From Vicugna vicugna (taxonomy: Eukaryota), in contig MU058781.1 of the NCBI GenBank assembly GCA_013265495.1, positions 9,653,009 through 9,717,008 on the forward strand: 64,000 nucleotides of DNA, given 5' to 3'. Shown piece by piece: positions 13,481 to 26,170 of this stretch (position 1 is the first letter of the stretch; each line of letters opens with the position of its first letter). The position numbers and the translations under genes were made by a program. The notes under the pieces are model-generated. The model was given only the letters and a program-made list of their open reading frames with translations. It was not told the origin of the DNA and ran no database searches.

Positions 13481-14519
13481 AAGCTTAGCCAAACCATTGT
13501 GACTAAATTCTCTTCATGTGTAAGCTGTGTAAAGTAGAGCAGAAGTGATTGTCAAATTGTGTCCATTACCCACACACACAATTGAAGAATATAGTTTCTA
13601 TTATATTTTAGATTGTACAGTCCAGCTATTCTTTGCATATACTGTGATTTCAAGGACATGGAAGATAATACTGTTTCCTTCCTCCCCTGAGTTATTAAAT
13701 ATAAAATCGATTACATATGTAAAGTGCTTAGAGCTATCAGAGTCAAAATCTGTATAAATTAAAGTGGTGTTATTACTTTACTGCACAACTAATTCTTTAG
13801 ATACTGGTATAGCTCCTCCTTAGGATCAATTCTTTGTGGTGATTTACATCTATTTTAATTAAAGAGTTTAGGAATTAATGTTGGTGACAGTATTTCCTGT
13901 TGTGAAATGTGTATAATAGATCACCTTTTTTATGAAATACAAAGTTTATAAAATATAAAAATCAAAGGACAAGTTATTATTTCTGAATGATGTGTATTTT
14001 GGAAATAGTACAATATTCCAATATTCTTTTTTTCATTTCTCAGAATGATAAGAGGCTGATGGGAATTGTGTGTTATGTATTTCTACTTTTTTTTGGTAAT
14101 CATTTAGTGACTCAGAAGGAAATGAAGACTGAGGGCAGCAAGGCCATTTAATGTAACAATGAAATTACGTTGTGGTTGAAAAAAATAATGTATGGATTTA
14201 TGATAAAGCATAAGATTTTTCCATATCCTTAAGAAACCCTTCTGACCCTGAATTAGATCAAGTTATTTAAATAGGGCTCAGTTAAGTAGCACATGACAGT
14301 TCAGGTGAAAGAATTTCCTAATCGGCACTTTCCAAGCATTTATTATTCTGGTGGGGTTCTTGAAATTGTGGGTATAAAAATAGCAATTTTCTGAATTTAT
14401 CTTATTTGTAAAATGCACTGTTTAGTTAGATATTTTCTTATATGGCGACCAGAATTTTAAAGATTATTTACCTGACTAATCTCTGTTGTATCAGATTACC
14501 TTGATGTTTTGCATTTTAA

Positions 14520-14940
14520 AAATTAAGATCTAATTAGCATTCAGTAAAACACACAAATCTTGTGTAATGCTTGCACAAATACATTTTTAATATATGTAAC
14601 CCAGGTCAGGATAGAGAACATTTCTCTCATCCCTGAAACTTTTTTCCTTTCGGTATCTTCCAACCAGAGTTAATCACATTTGATCTTTGTCCAGCACATC
14701 TTAGTTGCCTGTTCTTAAATGTCATATAAATATATTATACATGATGTTTTCAGATGCATATATATTGTGTGCATCAGTAGTCTTTTCGTTTCTTTTGTTT
14801 AGGAGTACTCAGTTTATCAGTATGCCCCAGCTTGATAATCCATTTTTCTCCTGCTTGCTTGCTTCCATTTTGGGGCTGCTATGAATAGAAGTACTTAGAT
14901 CTCACTTGTACTCATAATTTTGTGGATATAGTTTACATTG
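14520..14940 (-). mobile_element. L1ME 3' end fragment
   Basis: 'cagtaaaacacacaaatctt...caggtcaggatagagaacattt...ttgcctgttcttaaatgtcatata...ttccattttggggctgctatgaata'. Confidence 0.7.
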
Positions 14941-15289
14941 TTCATATTATATAAGTTCATCATAAATTATTTTGAATATAGCAATTTGTTGAATTTCTTT
15001 TTGTGTCAATTTGTAGAAGATATTCTGCTATAAAATGAAAAACTGGTCCCAAGATGTAAAAATTACACTAAGAGACTGTAACACGTTTTGAAAGACTATT
15101 TTCCCTTTTTTCAAAACATGGATGGTCCATATTTGATTCTGCTGTACAAACTATAAAGAAAAAATAACTTCTGTTAATCTATTAGATGCATATGAAAACT
15201 AAAATGCACCACATATGAAATTCTTATCTTTTTTTCCAAATAGTTTATATGACTATTTCACCACCCCAAGGACCAGCCACATGGTTCTG

Positions 15290-15478
15290 TATCTATTCTC
15301 TGTTACGCTGTTTCACTGTAGTTAGTATACGATAAGCAGTTTATGTGTCCATCTCCCTATGAGACCATAAGCTCCTTGGAGACAAAGACCATCTGTGACT
15401 TACTCTTCTGTTCCTAGCATCTAGCACTTTGCCTGGCACATGGTAGGTACACATTATATATTGAGTGAACTGAATAAC
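15290..15478 (+). mobile_element. L2 3' terminus
   Basis: 'agaccataagctccttggagacaaagaccat...cctagcatctagcactttgcctggcacatggtagg...tattgagtgaactgaat'. Confidence 0.8.
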
Positions 15479-16972
15479 TACCTTTTGTCTGGAGTGTTTA
15501 TTTGCCTTGCAAAAGTCATCTTTGCTATGGAAACATAACACACACTTAGCTTTAACGCAGGAGTTTACTATACCCTTTATGTCTTAAGTCTGGTTTAATA
15601 CATGAGCAGGCTTTTCCCAGTTTCCTGTTTATACAGAGTAGACTCTTGACGAAAATACACACTACCAAAAACCTGTAAAAGATTTCTGATTTATTTAATA
15701 TCATTATGTTAAACTTCACCAATAGGTCATTGAGAAAAACAAGTTCGAGTGAAGACATTCTGTATATGCACACAAACACATATATACACACACATATACA
15801 TACATTATATAGATAGATTCTTAACTCATCTTTGCTTTTAGGTACATATTACTTAGTACATGATATATTTAGTACATGGAATATGCACATTTTATTTATC
15901 TTTTTTTTAATATTGGCAAAAGACCCAATATCTGTCTTAGACAATTAAAAGACCTTGAAATTATGCATGATTTTCATCATACTAGGATTTCTGTGTTGAA
16001 TCAAAGGTCATTATTCTAATCGTCTCAGGCCTCTCTTTTTTCCCCTAGTAGATCTTTGCAATGCCCATCTGTCTGTGGTTCATGGTATAACGTTTTCTGA
16101 TAGGGGCAGGATGGCAGATGGGCAGCAGATGGGAGTTTGCCCTGCATCTTGGTTCAGATCCTGGCCCAGGCAGAAACTGTCAGGGACTGTCAGTTTGTCC
16201 TCGCAGCTTGTGGGCTCCAGTACTGTGTTCGGCATCCCAACTCATCTCTGAATTGATGCAGAGCTGGACCAGCTATTGGTCATTGTGACAAGTTAATAGT
16301 TAAAGACTAACAATAAGGATAGGAGGCAGCCAGTGGGTCTGTAAAAGCACTTGAGAGAAAATGTCCTCTCTGTTTTCACTGTGCACAGGGTCCTCAGGAC
16401 CCGGGAGTCAGCTTGTTCTCAAGATCAAAGTGGCAGAATTAGGAAATAGTATTGTTGCATAGGTGTTTACCTGCTTTTGAAATATGTAACTCAGTTTCCC
16501 CAAAGTCCTTCTTTCTGCACAAAATCATACAAGGAAGTGAGAAATAGAGATAGACAGTCCGTGTCTTGATCCTTAAACCAAATATTTTTGTCTAAATTAT
16601 TGAACATCTTGTCATCTTCTGGAATTCCTAAGGATACCACATGATTAAAATTTGGACTAATGATAACATTTTGAATGCAATAACTATAATATCTTCTACC
16701 AAAGCATTAAAAAACAGTTTCATGAAATTGCTAGTCTTTCCAAAGGGAAAGGAAAAAGTCTTTTTTTGAATTCTGAGCTATCAGCGCATACTCGTTTTTT
16801 TAAAAAAATGTGTACATGAATTTGCTGCTTTACAAGTGACTCTCTTCATTTTAGATTGAAACCAGATTGGAGTAAACAGATGAGGCTGGGTAAATCCTCC
16901 TAATGGAGCCTTGGCAGTGACCATGAATAAAAGGCAATAATGAGTCAAATTGTATGCTGAGCGGAGAGCTTG

Positions 16973-17099
16973 CTTTTCTTTTCTTTTCTTTTCTTTTCTT
17001 TTCTTTTCTTTTCTTTTCTTTTCTTTTCTTTTCTTTTCTTTTCTTTCTTTTCTTTTCTTTTCTTTTCTTTTCTTTTCTTTTCTTTTCTTTTCTTTTCTT

Positions 17100-17162
<63 letters not shown>

Positions 17163-17184
17163 TTCTTTCTCTCTTTCTTTCCTT
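16973..17184. repeat. Compound (TTTTC)n-(TC)n-(TTTC)n microsatellite, 212 nt uninterrupted pyrimidine
   Basis: Directly visible; no purine on the + strand between these coordinates. Confidence 0.97.
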
Positions 17185-18739
17185 ATTTAGTTTCTTTAGA
17201 CTTAGAGCTTCACAGAGATCATATTGTGTCCTCTCCTCAGCTGAGCTGAGTCCCAGATTTGATAGCACAAGAGAGTTTATGTAAGGAATATGTGTCTGGG
17301 GGTCTCTAAACAATTGTCCATCATAAGTATAGGAACAAAAAAACTATCACACTCTTTCTACTGAGCCGTTGTAACTTATCACTCAGTATTAACAGAGAAG
17401 CCTAGAATACTCCATGCCTTTCCTGTAACCTGAACTAAACTGAAATATTGTGCTCTGCTGGTTAATAGCATTTCTGTTTATGTAATAGGTAGATGATAAA
17501 ATGATTGCAATAATTTACTAATACAAGTTGTTTATATTTAAATATTTTCTTGTGTTCTGGGAGTCAGTGGTTGCTTATACATATGTGTAATAAATTGTGC
17601 TGTTCAGATTATCTCAATAATATTGAATGGTTTTACTCAAATTATGTTTGGATCAGTTCAAGAGATTCCTTCAGTCTGATTTAGATACTTTGTAGTGTTA
17701 ACCACCATAGGGCACTTTAAAATCCAGGCTCTAACAGTTAGCTGGTCAATCGTTTACCTAAATACTGAGTAAACACGTATGAAATGAATGTATGTTGTAG
17801 TCCATATCCCATTAGATATTCTTTTATCTTTTTAATTGTCTTCTTTCTTAATAAATATATGTAAATTTTTAGAACCTCTGTACTTATGTCCACAGATGAG
17901 ATTGTGTGTGTCTCTGTGAGGGAGATGGGGGGAGAGAGAGAGAGATTATCCATAAGGTTATATGCTTGACAGGTGACCAAAGTACCTTAATTTTGGAAGC
18001 TTGGCACTCTGTCTCAGGCTCGCTTGAAACCAGCTCATTTATTCACTCCTTTTAAAGGAACCTTGAAATAGAAAAATCTTGTTACATTGCTGCCCAGGAT
18101 GGCCTAAGGACTGTTACACACCAGCTAACTCTAAATGTACTTGAGCATGGATCTTGCTAACATGATTTCAGGTGAGGTGTAGACAGGATCTAATTAGTTA
18201 TAAATCTGTAAATGCTTGAACAGAGGCTTAGGTTGAAATTCTCCATCTGACTGATACCACTGCAACACTCTAAACCCAGAAAGCTGTCTTATAATGAATT
18301 CCTATTAGCCACGGAGTTCAGGCAAAGTCATGAACTTGAGGAAACCAAGGAATCCCTGTGACTTAATCAGTTAGTAGGAAGCTCTGCTTTGCCAGTGTGC
18401 TGTCTGCTTCCCCTGACTTGTTCTTGCTTTGGGGTGGCAGCTGTCAAAAGACAGGTTACAACCACAAGGAGCAGTTCTGTAGAAGTTTTTAAGCTATCTT
18501 ACGTAGAACGTCTTCCATGAACTTTTCCATGAACAAGCTCATTTCTTGTATTTAATCATCCTTTAGATAGTATAGTGTTGGTGGATTTCAAAGTGCTTTA
18601 CTCATGCTTTATTTCTTTTGATGTTTTAATAACCCACCCACCGCATTCAGCAAGCAGAGAAGAAATCGAAATAAGCAAGAAAACAAATCGAAGTTCAGCA
18701 TCCAGAGTTTCGTTGATTATTGCCTTTTTGTCATAGTCC

Positions 18740-18950
18740 TTATCATTGGGTATATAATGGCAATCTACAAAAAAAAGTCCTGACCCACAAGAAACTTACA
18801 TCCTAATCGGCGATGCAGAAAATAAATAGACAAATATATGCTAGAATGTCAAATGTCAGATATTATCACAAATATTAAGGCAAATCAAAGTGTCAGCGAG
18901 TGAGAAGGAAGTGGTACTTTATGTAGAGTGATTGGAGAAAGTCTGTCTAC
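18740..18950 (-). mobile_element. L2 remnant
   Basis: 'aaagtcctgacccacaagaaacttacatcctaat...aataaatagacaaat...tttatgtagagtgattggagaaagtct'. Confidence 0.55.
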
Positions 18951-18965
18951 AATTGTGTGTATGGT

Positions 18966-20130
18966 TTTTTTTTTTTGCATCTTGCTTTATTAAAATACGG
19001 TTTACAGATTGAAATCACACAAATCTTATGTGTAGAGTTTGAGTTTTGCTAAGTGTATGCACCTAGGTAACCTTTACCCTATCAATATATAGAACATTTC
19101 TGTCACCTTTCCCAGATAGCTCTGTCATCATAGCTCCCCAGGAGTCACTGTTCTGACTCACCATAGATTAGTTTTGCCTCTTCTGAAACTTTGTGTAAGT
19201 AGAATCATACAGTGTGCACTCTTTCCTCCTCTTAAGGTTTTTGATGTTCATCCATTCCATTGCTCTATTGTGATCATTCATTTTATTGTGTTCCATTGCC
19301 TGGACCTGTCAGCGATTTGTTCTTTCTCTTGCTGATACGCATTCATTCGGGTTGTTTCCAGTTTGAGGCCATTATAAATAAAGTTGGTAGGAACATTTTG
19401 CATCACATTTTTAAATGTATGTGTTTATATTTCTCTCAGGTAAATACCAGAGGGTAGGTTTAACTTTATAAGTAATTTCCATGCCAGTTTCAAAAGCACT
19501 TGTACCATTTTAGAGATTGTAAGAGAGTTCTGTTTTTTTTCCCTACATCCTCATCAACATTTGGTGTTGTCAGTCTTTTAAATTTTAGCCATTTGAGTGG
19601 GTGTATATTGGTGTCTCCTGTGGTTTTAATTTGCATTTCCATGATGACTGATGATGGTGAGCGGTATTTCATGTGCTCATTGGTTATATACATATGTATA
19701 TATTCTTTTGTGAAATGCCTATTCAAGTCTTTTGCTCATTGTTTGTCCTTTTTATTATTGCATTGTAGGAGTTAGATAGAAGTTTTTTCTTCTGTCTTGC
19801 AAACATTTTCTCCCAGTCTGTGGGTTTACCTACTTATTTTTCTACTGATGTTCTTCAAAGAACAAACATTTTAATTCTGATAAATTCCACTTTATCAATT
19901 TTGTTTTCATTTTTGAATATCTTCTTCTATTCTTTAAGAAAATTTTGCTGTCCCGAAGATCACAGATACTCTTACTGTTTTCTAAAAAATTTTATAGTTT
20001 AATTTTAATGTTTAGATTTATGATAGTCTAGGATACATTGATGTATATAATGTGAGGTTTCATCCCCCCTCACCCCAAATAATTAGTCAATTGTCCTAGT
20101 ATCACTGGTTGAGAATATTTATCTTCTTTA
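18966..20130 (-). mobile_element. L1ME/L1MC element, 3' UTR plus ORF2 C-terminal region
   Basis: T-rich tail at left; ORF 19490-19726 (MNRHFTKE...MEMQIKTT) matches the L1 ORF2p C-terminal motif LNRHFSKED...REMQIKTT. Confidence 0.88.
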
Positions 20131-20269
20131 AGATTTTCTGATAGAAATGCCTTGGTTGGAAAATCAGTATTTTGAGCTTTAAATTTAGGATGTAGAAAGA
20201 TGAAAAGAGCAATATTCCTGCCTTTACAACAACAACAACAAAGTGGTAGAAAATTTGCAAATGCATAAC

Positions 20270-20930
20270 TTTTCTCGAACCCACGGAAGAGCTGAGGTCT
20301 CAAGGAAATGACCTAACCTAGAATCCGAAGAACAAAGGAAAAGTGAGGTGCAGGCACTTGCTTACCAGAGGCACATGTGTATGGACAGTGGTCAGAATTC
20401 AACTAACATTTTTAACAAATTGCCGAAAGTCAAGTGTGGGATGGCCAGAGAAGGTAAAACTCTTGAGGACTGTAGATACTAGGGAAATTTGCAGTCATTC
20501 CAGGCTCTTCTACTGATGCATAGGTTGTGTATAAAAAAGATGGGCCAAACATCCAGAGAAATCATTCTTGTGAGCAGACTTGGGAGAGTGAATCAGCTAC
20601 AGCTGGGGAAAAGGCAGGAAGTCCCACCTGTGTCATTTTCTTCTCTCTCCTGTAGAGTAAAAGCCTTAAACCACATGGCAAAGAGCGACAAACTCTTGTC
20701 TGTAGGGCACTGGGAAAAGCTCACAGCAGCTGAAAAGAGGATATAGAAAAAAACCCTATCTGTCCCTGGGTAAGGTGTACAAATACTTCTTGGGGCCAGA
20801 CTTAGAGGTTGTTGTGGAGCCAAACCCAGGGGGAGGTCCTGTTTCGAGACCCAGGGTACTGCCTGGTTACTCAGAACAACAGAGAATATATCCCAGCCTC
20901 CACCACCTGGCCAGCAAGTGTTGAGTGGCT
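20270..20930 (+). mobile_element. L1 5' UTR fragment (L1M2/L1M3-like)
   Basis: 'aacccacggaagagctgaggtc', 'gtaaaagccttaa', 'agggcactgggaaaagctcacagcagctg' and 'gagacccagggt' resemble old L1 5' ends as I recall them. Confidence 0.55.
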
Positions 20931-20939
20931 AATGCTAGC

Positions 20940-21075
20940 ATGATTCCCAACTTACAGATGGGAAGCTAGGGGCAGAAATTAAATGAGGTACCCCCAAATC
21001 TCACAGTTGGTAAATGGAAAAGCTGACATTTGAGACAAGCTAGTCTGGCTCCCTAGTCCTCATACCCACTGTGCA
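20940..21075 (-). mobile_element. MIR SINE
   Basis: 'cccaacttacagatgggaagctagggg...tcacagttggtaaatgg...atttgagacaag...tctggctcc'. Confidence 0.7.
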
Positions 21076-21103
21076 GTAGTACAGAAGCAGGAGAAGCAAT
21101 GTC

Positions 21104-21190
21104 AGAGGAAGGAGGCAAATCAGAAGAGTGGGCTGTTCCAGAAGAGAGGAAGGAGGCAAATCAGAAGAGTGGGCTGTTCCAGAAGAGAGG
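21104..21190. repeat. Perfect 41-bp tandem duplication
   Basis: agaggaaggaggcaaatcagaagagtgggctgttccagaag at 21104-21144 and 21145-21185, followed by 'agagg'. Confidence 0.95.
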
Positions 21191-21199
21191 GAGGAGCTC

Positions 21200-21550
21200 C
21201 AGGGAACAGAGAGTTTTAAGAAGGGGTGCTGTCAGCAAGACCAGATTCATCCCCACATGAGGAATAAAGTGTCTATTGGACTAATCAGTTTAGAAAATTG
21301 CCTGTAACTTGAGCAGTGAGTTGTTTCACTAGAATGCTAAAGATTGAAACCAGAATCCGTTGGATTCAGAAATGAATAGTGAAGAAGAGGGGTCAGTAAA
21401 AAATCCCTCACTTCCCCTAAGTTTGGATGAGAAGGGAAGGATTGGTGCATAGATGGTGACATGGCAACAGGAGTGGTTTTTATGGATGAAAATGATTTGA
21501 GCTTACTTACAAGACAAAGGGAAGGAGACAGAATGGGGAAGTTTGTTGTC
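21200..21550 (-). mobile_element. L2 body remnant
   Basis: Purine-rich 'gtgtctattgga...aacttgagcagtgag...gtttcactagaatg...gaaaccagaat...ggattcagaaatgaat' pattern. Confidence 0.5.
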
Positions 21551-23754
21551 ATAAGAGAGAAAAATAGACCAGAAAAAAGAAAAATAAATAAGGTAGTGTC
21601 AGGAAGTTTGTTGCTGTGTCTGGGATATGTATTGAGGGAGTTTTCCAGAAGTATAAATCCCTTATGTACAGTGGTAAAGGATGTATAATTTGTACAGTTT
21701 CAGTATATTCCTTATGTCAGATAAAGACTTATCCACACTTAGAGACACAGGCATTAATCTCACATATCTTCCTTGTAATTTTTTTTTGAATGAGTTAGCC
21801 AGGAAAAAGTTATTTCATCTTCACTGATGTGTGTTGATATGCACTCTGTCAGAACACAGCTTTTTGGTAATGGTGCAATAAACAACTGTCACCCTGATGT
21901 AGTAGTCTGTAGCAGATACAATAACTCAATCATTCCATCTTGCTTGACATAATAGAAAGTGGCTTATAAAAAAGACAACCCAAAGAACCTGGTTGAAACT
22001 CCAGGTAGCAGGAGTTTTATCATCTTTGAGGACAAGGGTTGTGTAAACTTCCATGTCTTTACCTTCATTCCTAGTAGAGTAGATGCCTCAAAATGCCTGA
22101 TCAATTGAAAGAGAGTATACATTTATGCTGAGTTTATTATCATCAACATATGGCTACTTCAACATTTTAAATCTTGTTTCTGACAACTCATAGAACCTCT
22201 CGAAATTGTGGAATTTCAACTACAGCCATGAAGTTTCAGTTGACTTTAGAGATTGAGTCATGATAGACAATTACTCTGGTCAATCTAGAAGGCGTTTCGC
22301 CTGGCAGAACCACTGGAAACATTCTTCCTTTATGTTTCTAAATCCTTGACTGTGTGGATAAGATTATGTGGTCAGGTCCATTTCCGTAATATCCATCTTA
22401 TTCTAAATATTCACTACTTCCAATAATGCCAATACGGTATGTTTTTATTTTTTTTTATGCATTGCTTTATTTATACCAAACATGAGATGAATTTTCTTAT
22501 ATCTGTGTCTTAAATATTAACACATACTAATGAATAAGTAAAGTTTTCATTTGGAAATTGAATTGACATTGAGAACTCTAGTTTGGCTGTCATAGTGGGT
22601 CACATGGAAGAGCTTGGCCAAATTTATCAGCCGTATTTGGCCTTGTTTTCTGCATATGTTTGCCAGATGCAAAAGCCAGTTTATTGCTTGAGGGCACAGA
22701 AACCTGGAGGAAAGGCTTGAAAATTGTGCCATTTAGTCCATTGGGTGTCTTTCTTTTTGCTTAGATTTTGCCTAGAGAGGTCTGATTGTACCAGGAGACT
22801 ATAAATAGAAGTCCAATGCTTCTCTTTGCCTTTCGTCAGCTATTGAACTTCGTAGAATGCTCTTGTTCAGCCTTTATGGGGGCACAGGTGAAAAAAAGAT
22901 TTTAAAAATGAGGTTTGTGGCCAAAACTACAGTTTTAGATATGAGTGGTTGACAGATAAGTAAATTGACAAACATATTTTATTTAAGGGGTCACAATCCC
23001 TTAAAATGGGACAGCGTGAAAACATTTGTATTCATATGAAGTTAGTCCCATATGTAACATATTTCAGAAATTTTGACAAATCAATCACACAATTAAAGGT
23101 CATATATTTATAGCTGATTCAAATCCCAGATGAATAGAGATGTCAAAGCTTTGAGCATATTGGACGTTTACACATGAATAAGCAAGGTGGCAGAAATTGC
23201 TTTCAAGCAGTTTTTTTTTTTTGCCTTTGTATGTTTTTTGGTGGTTCTTCAACTTGCAATTTTCAGTGTTTTCTTCATATTTATATTAGCATGTAATTAG
23301 CATATAATTGTATAGTGGGATATGTAAATGATCCCCCTTTGCACAAGAGGCAAATGGGTATGGATTTTTATTTTCCTTACTGTTATATCTCCAGACTACT
23401 TAATATTTTGGGAATATGTGTACTTTTTCTTTTTAATTGAAATGAATAGTTTTTTTAAGTGATGCAGCAGCCTAGTAAGTTCCATTTTTAAGTCAAGGAT
23501 CTTAATATTTCAGGGCAGGTGTCCAAATTCCAGGACTAGGAAGAACAGAATTCTGATATGTTTGTTACTTTCCCTTCACCACATTTGGCATTTGAATACT
23601 CTTTAGATACCAAAGAAAATTGTGCGTTAGTCTCATAAAACCTTCACATAACCAGATACATAAACACGAACTCAGTCACAACATACCTGTGGAGGGAGTC
23701 TCCCTGAAACTCTTCTCAGATCGCTGGAAAACATCATATGCGAGGAAATAAAAT

Positions 23755-24010
23755 TTTCTTGAAGCATAGTGACTTAAGTTATAGGTGTACAACATACTGA
23801 TTCATTGTTTTTATAGATTGCACACTGTATGAAGTTACTGTAACATCACTGACTGTATTCCCTGTGCTGTGCATTATATCTCTGTGACTTACTTATTTCA
23901 TAGCTGGTAGTTAGCTTGTACCTTTTAATCCCCTTCATCTATGTTACCCATCCCCCCAACCCCCTCCTCTCTCCTCTGGAAGTCACTACTTTGTTCTCTG
24001 AGTCTGTTTC
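23755..24010 (-). mobile_element. L1 3' UTR fragment (L1MA or artiodactyl type)
   Basis: 'aggtgtacaacatactgattca...ctgtattccctgtgctgtgcatta...cttgtaccttt...ctctggaagtcactactttgttctctgagtctgtttc'. Confidence 0.8.
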
Positions 24011-24429
24011 ATTTGAGAAAAGTGTTTGAATGAAGTTGAACAAATTTATTTCTTTAATGATGTGTGTGTCTGTGTGTGTTTGTAATAAACTACAGTTGAT
24101 CCAGAGAGGAGCTATTTGTAATGTGTTGAGACTGTTGAAAAATAAAATGGCCAGTGATAAATGGGCAGAAAGTGGACATGGGTGGCTCATGTGGCTTCCA
24201 CGTCGCCATATGCTCTCCATGTGTGTCTTTGCCTTTGTGATTTCCAGATCTATTGAAACAGGCACTTCCCACTGAGTAATTCCTCACATCCCAACATGTA
24301 TAATGAAACTTCTACCGGTAGAATTACTGTGAAGTTCTAGGAACCATTTGAAGCATGAAAAAAAAAATGGAAACCCTGAGAGCCTAATGATAACCTAAAA
24401 TCCACACATCCCTGAACTTGCTTCAGGGC

Positions 24430-24570
24430 ATTATAATTGCATTTGTCTGCCTGCCTCTCTATATTGTGATTTAATTAACAGCAAAGGCAGTTATCATAAG
24501 ATTTACAACCTCTAGCCCAGTATTTGTTATGTCAGAGGTAGTCAATAAACGCTAGTTCAACGAAGAAAAC
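24430..24570 (+). mobile_element. L2 3' terminus
   Basis: 'tttgtctgcctgcctctc...ctagcccagtattt...agaggtagtcaataaacgctagtt'. Confidence 0.5.
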
Positions 24571-25199
24571 AGTGGAGAAAGAAGTTCACTGTCTCGTCAG
24601 GATTTCTCTCTTTGGTAGTTTGCTGAAGTCAAGTACTGTTTTGCTTGGGTGGGTGGCAGGGATTCACCCCCGTGTACCCCCTTTTGGGTCGGCTGGCGTT
24701 GTCAAGGAACTTCTATATGTACTCTATGTATTGGTCGTGAGAAGAATATTGGAGTTACCATACAGATGCTTGAATTCAACTTTTGGCTTCACTGCTCCCT
24801 TGCTGGGCCTCCCTGGGAAAACATTTATCTTCCCCAAACCGTCATTTCTTTGTCTATAAAGAGGACTAATAACATCTGCTCCTGACGATGGTTGTTTCAC
24901 AAAGTTACCTTTCTTCCTTTATTCAAGAAGCTCTTGAAATCTCCCATAATCTTAAACAGCCCAGGTTATGTAGTAAGAGTAGAATTTTGAAATATGGAAT
25001 AATGCTTTTACAAAATCCCCTGTAAATCTTGCTGCTCTGCAGCTGCCGCACCCACGAAATCAATGGCCTTTATTGCTGTAGGCGTAGGGCAGATAGTCTG
25101 GATTCTAGAACAAATGTGTCATTGTGTGGTTGGCAGAGATGTTCTTACGCAAGCCAGCGTTTGTTAAAAATGCAAAACCTTCCATTTTTACATATTGAG

Positions 25200-26170
25200 A
25201 AGAAAGCCTGAGGACTTAAGCCTAGATCTTATAAAAGTGGGACCCCACCGGGGAAGCCCCCACCCTGTGCTGCAGCGTGATACTGGAAGGGGGATTGGGA
25301 TCGAGAGTGGGGAGATTTTTAAAGAAAACAGGCAGATTGAGGAGGGAGATGAAAGCAAAGGAGGCTGCCTTCCCTTCTGGAACCTTGGAAAACGCCTCTG
25401 GGGAATATCTAAGCCACCTTGGCATGGGCAGTAGAGTTGAAAAGTGGCCTCTTGAGAAAAGACCACCTTTCCTCCTGGTACCTCATCTCTTAGAATTGAC
25501 TGAGACATTCTGATGGGGCCAGTTTCATGAACAGAGCTTATGAGCAAGAGTCAGTGTGCCCTACAGGGAGGGGTCCCAGGAACACAGAGCAAGAGGATCT
25601 GTGGCAGAGACTACAGGGTGCCCCTCCACATCTGGGGTCCTGACAGCAGACACAGCCAAGTCTCTTGAGATGAGGGGTGAGAGCCAATTCTGGCCGGTCA
25701 GGAAAGATGGCCAGAAGTGAGGTTTGTCCCATATTTCTGCTGAGAGAACCACCCCATACACTTCAGAAACAGATACAGTGAAAGTAGAGACCAAAACTCA
25801 AAGACCAGGGCCAGATCAGCTCTGCCCACTCAGACGAGGCTCCGTCCCTGCCACCACACATCACACCAGCTTCTTTTTGAGGCAAAGCCAGGATATCAGC
25901 AGAGGGAGGAAGGGAGAGAAAACCTAGAAAGGCTAAAAGTTGACCCCAAATTGACTATTTTCTGAAGAACCAGAGTTATACCAAATGAACAAATTTTCAG
26001 TTTTTGTTTTGTTTTGCTTTGCCTTTTTCTTTTTCTTTTTTTTCCTTACCAGCAAGTGAGAATGAAGTCTTTTGAGCAAGATTAGGTCAGTTATGTGACA
26101 GGATAAATAATTTTTTTTAAATTAGTTTTTGTCCATCTGTTATATTGAGTACATTTCAAATCAACCACAC
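25200..26170 (+). mobile_element. Ancient LTR remnant (possibly MamGypLTR/LTR85-like)
   Basis: GC-richer block ending 'agattaggtcagttat...ataaa...tttttgtccatctg...', similar to the 3' part of old mammalian Gypsy-type LTRs; family uncertain. Confidence 0.4.

Noticed and set aside
16945..17313. Four ORFs rich in K/R/E or F/S/L
   Set aside because: Translations of the TTTTC/TC microsatellite, which lacks stop codons.
22982..23006. Hairpin TTTAAGGG...CCCTTAAA
   Set aside because: An 8-bp stem is expected by chance and far too short for a pre-miRNA.
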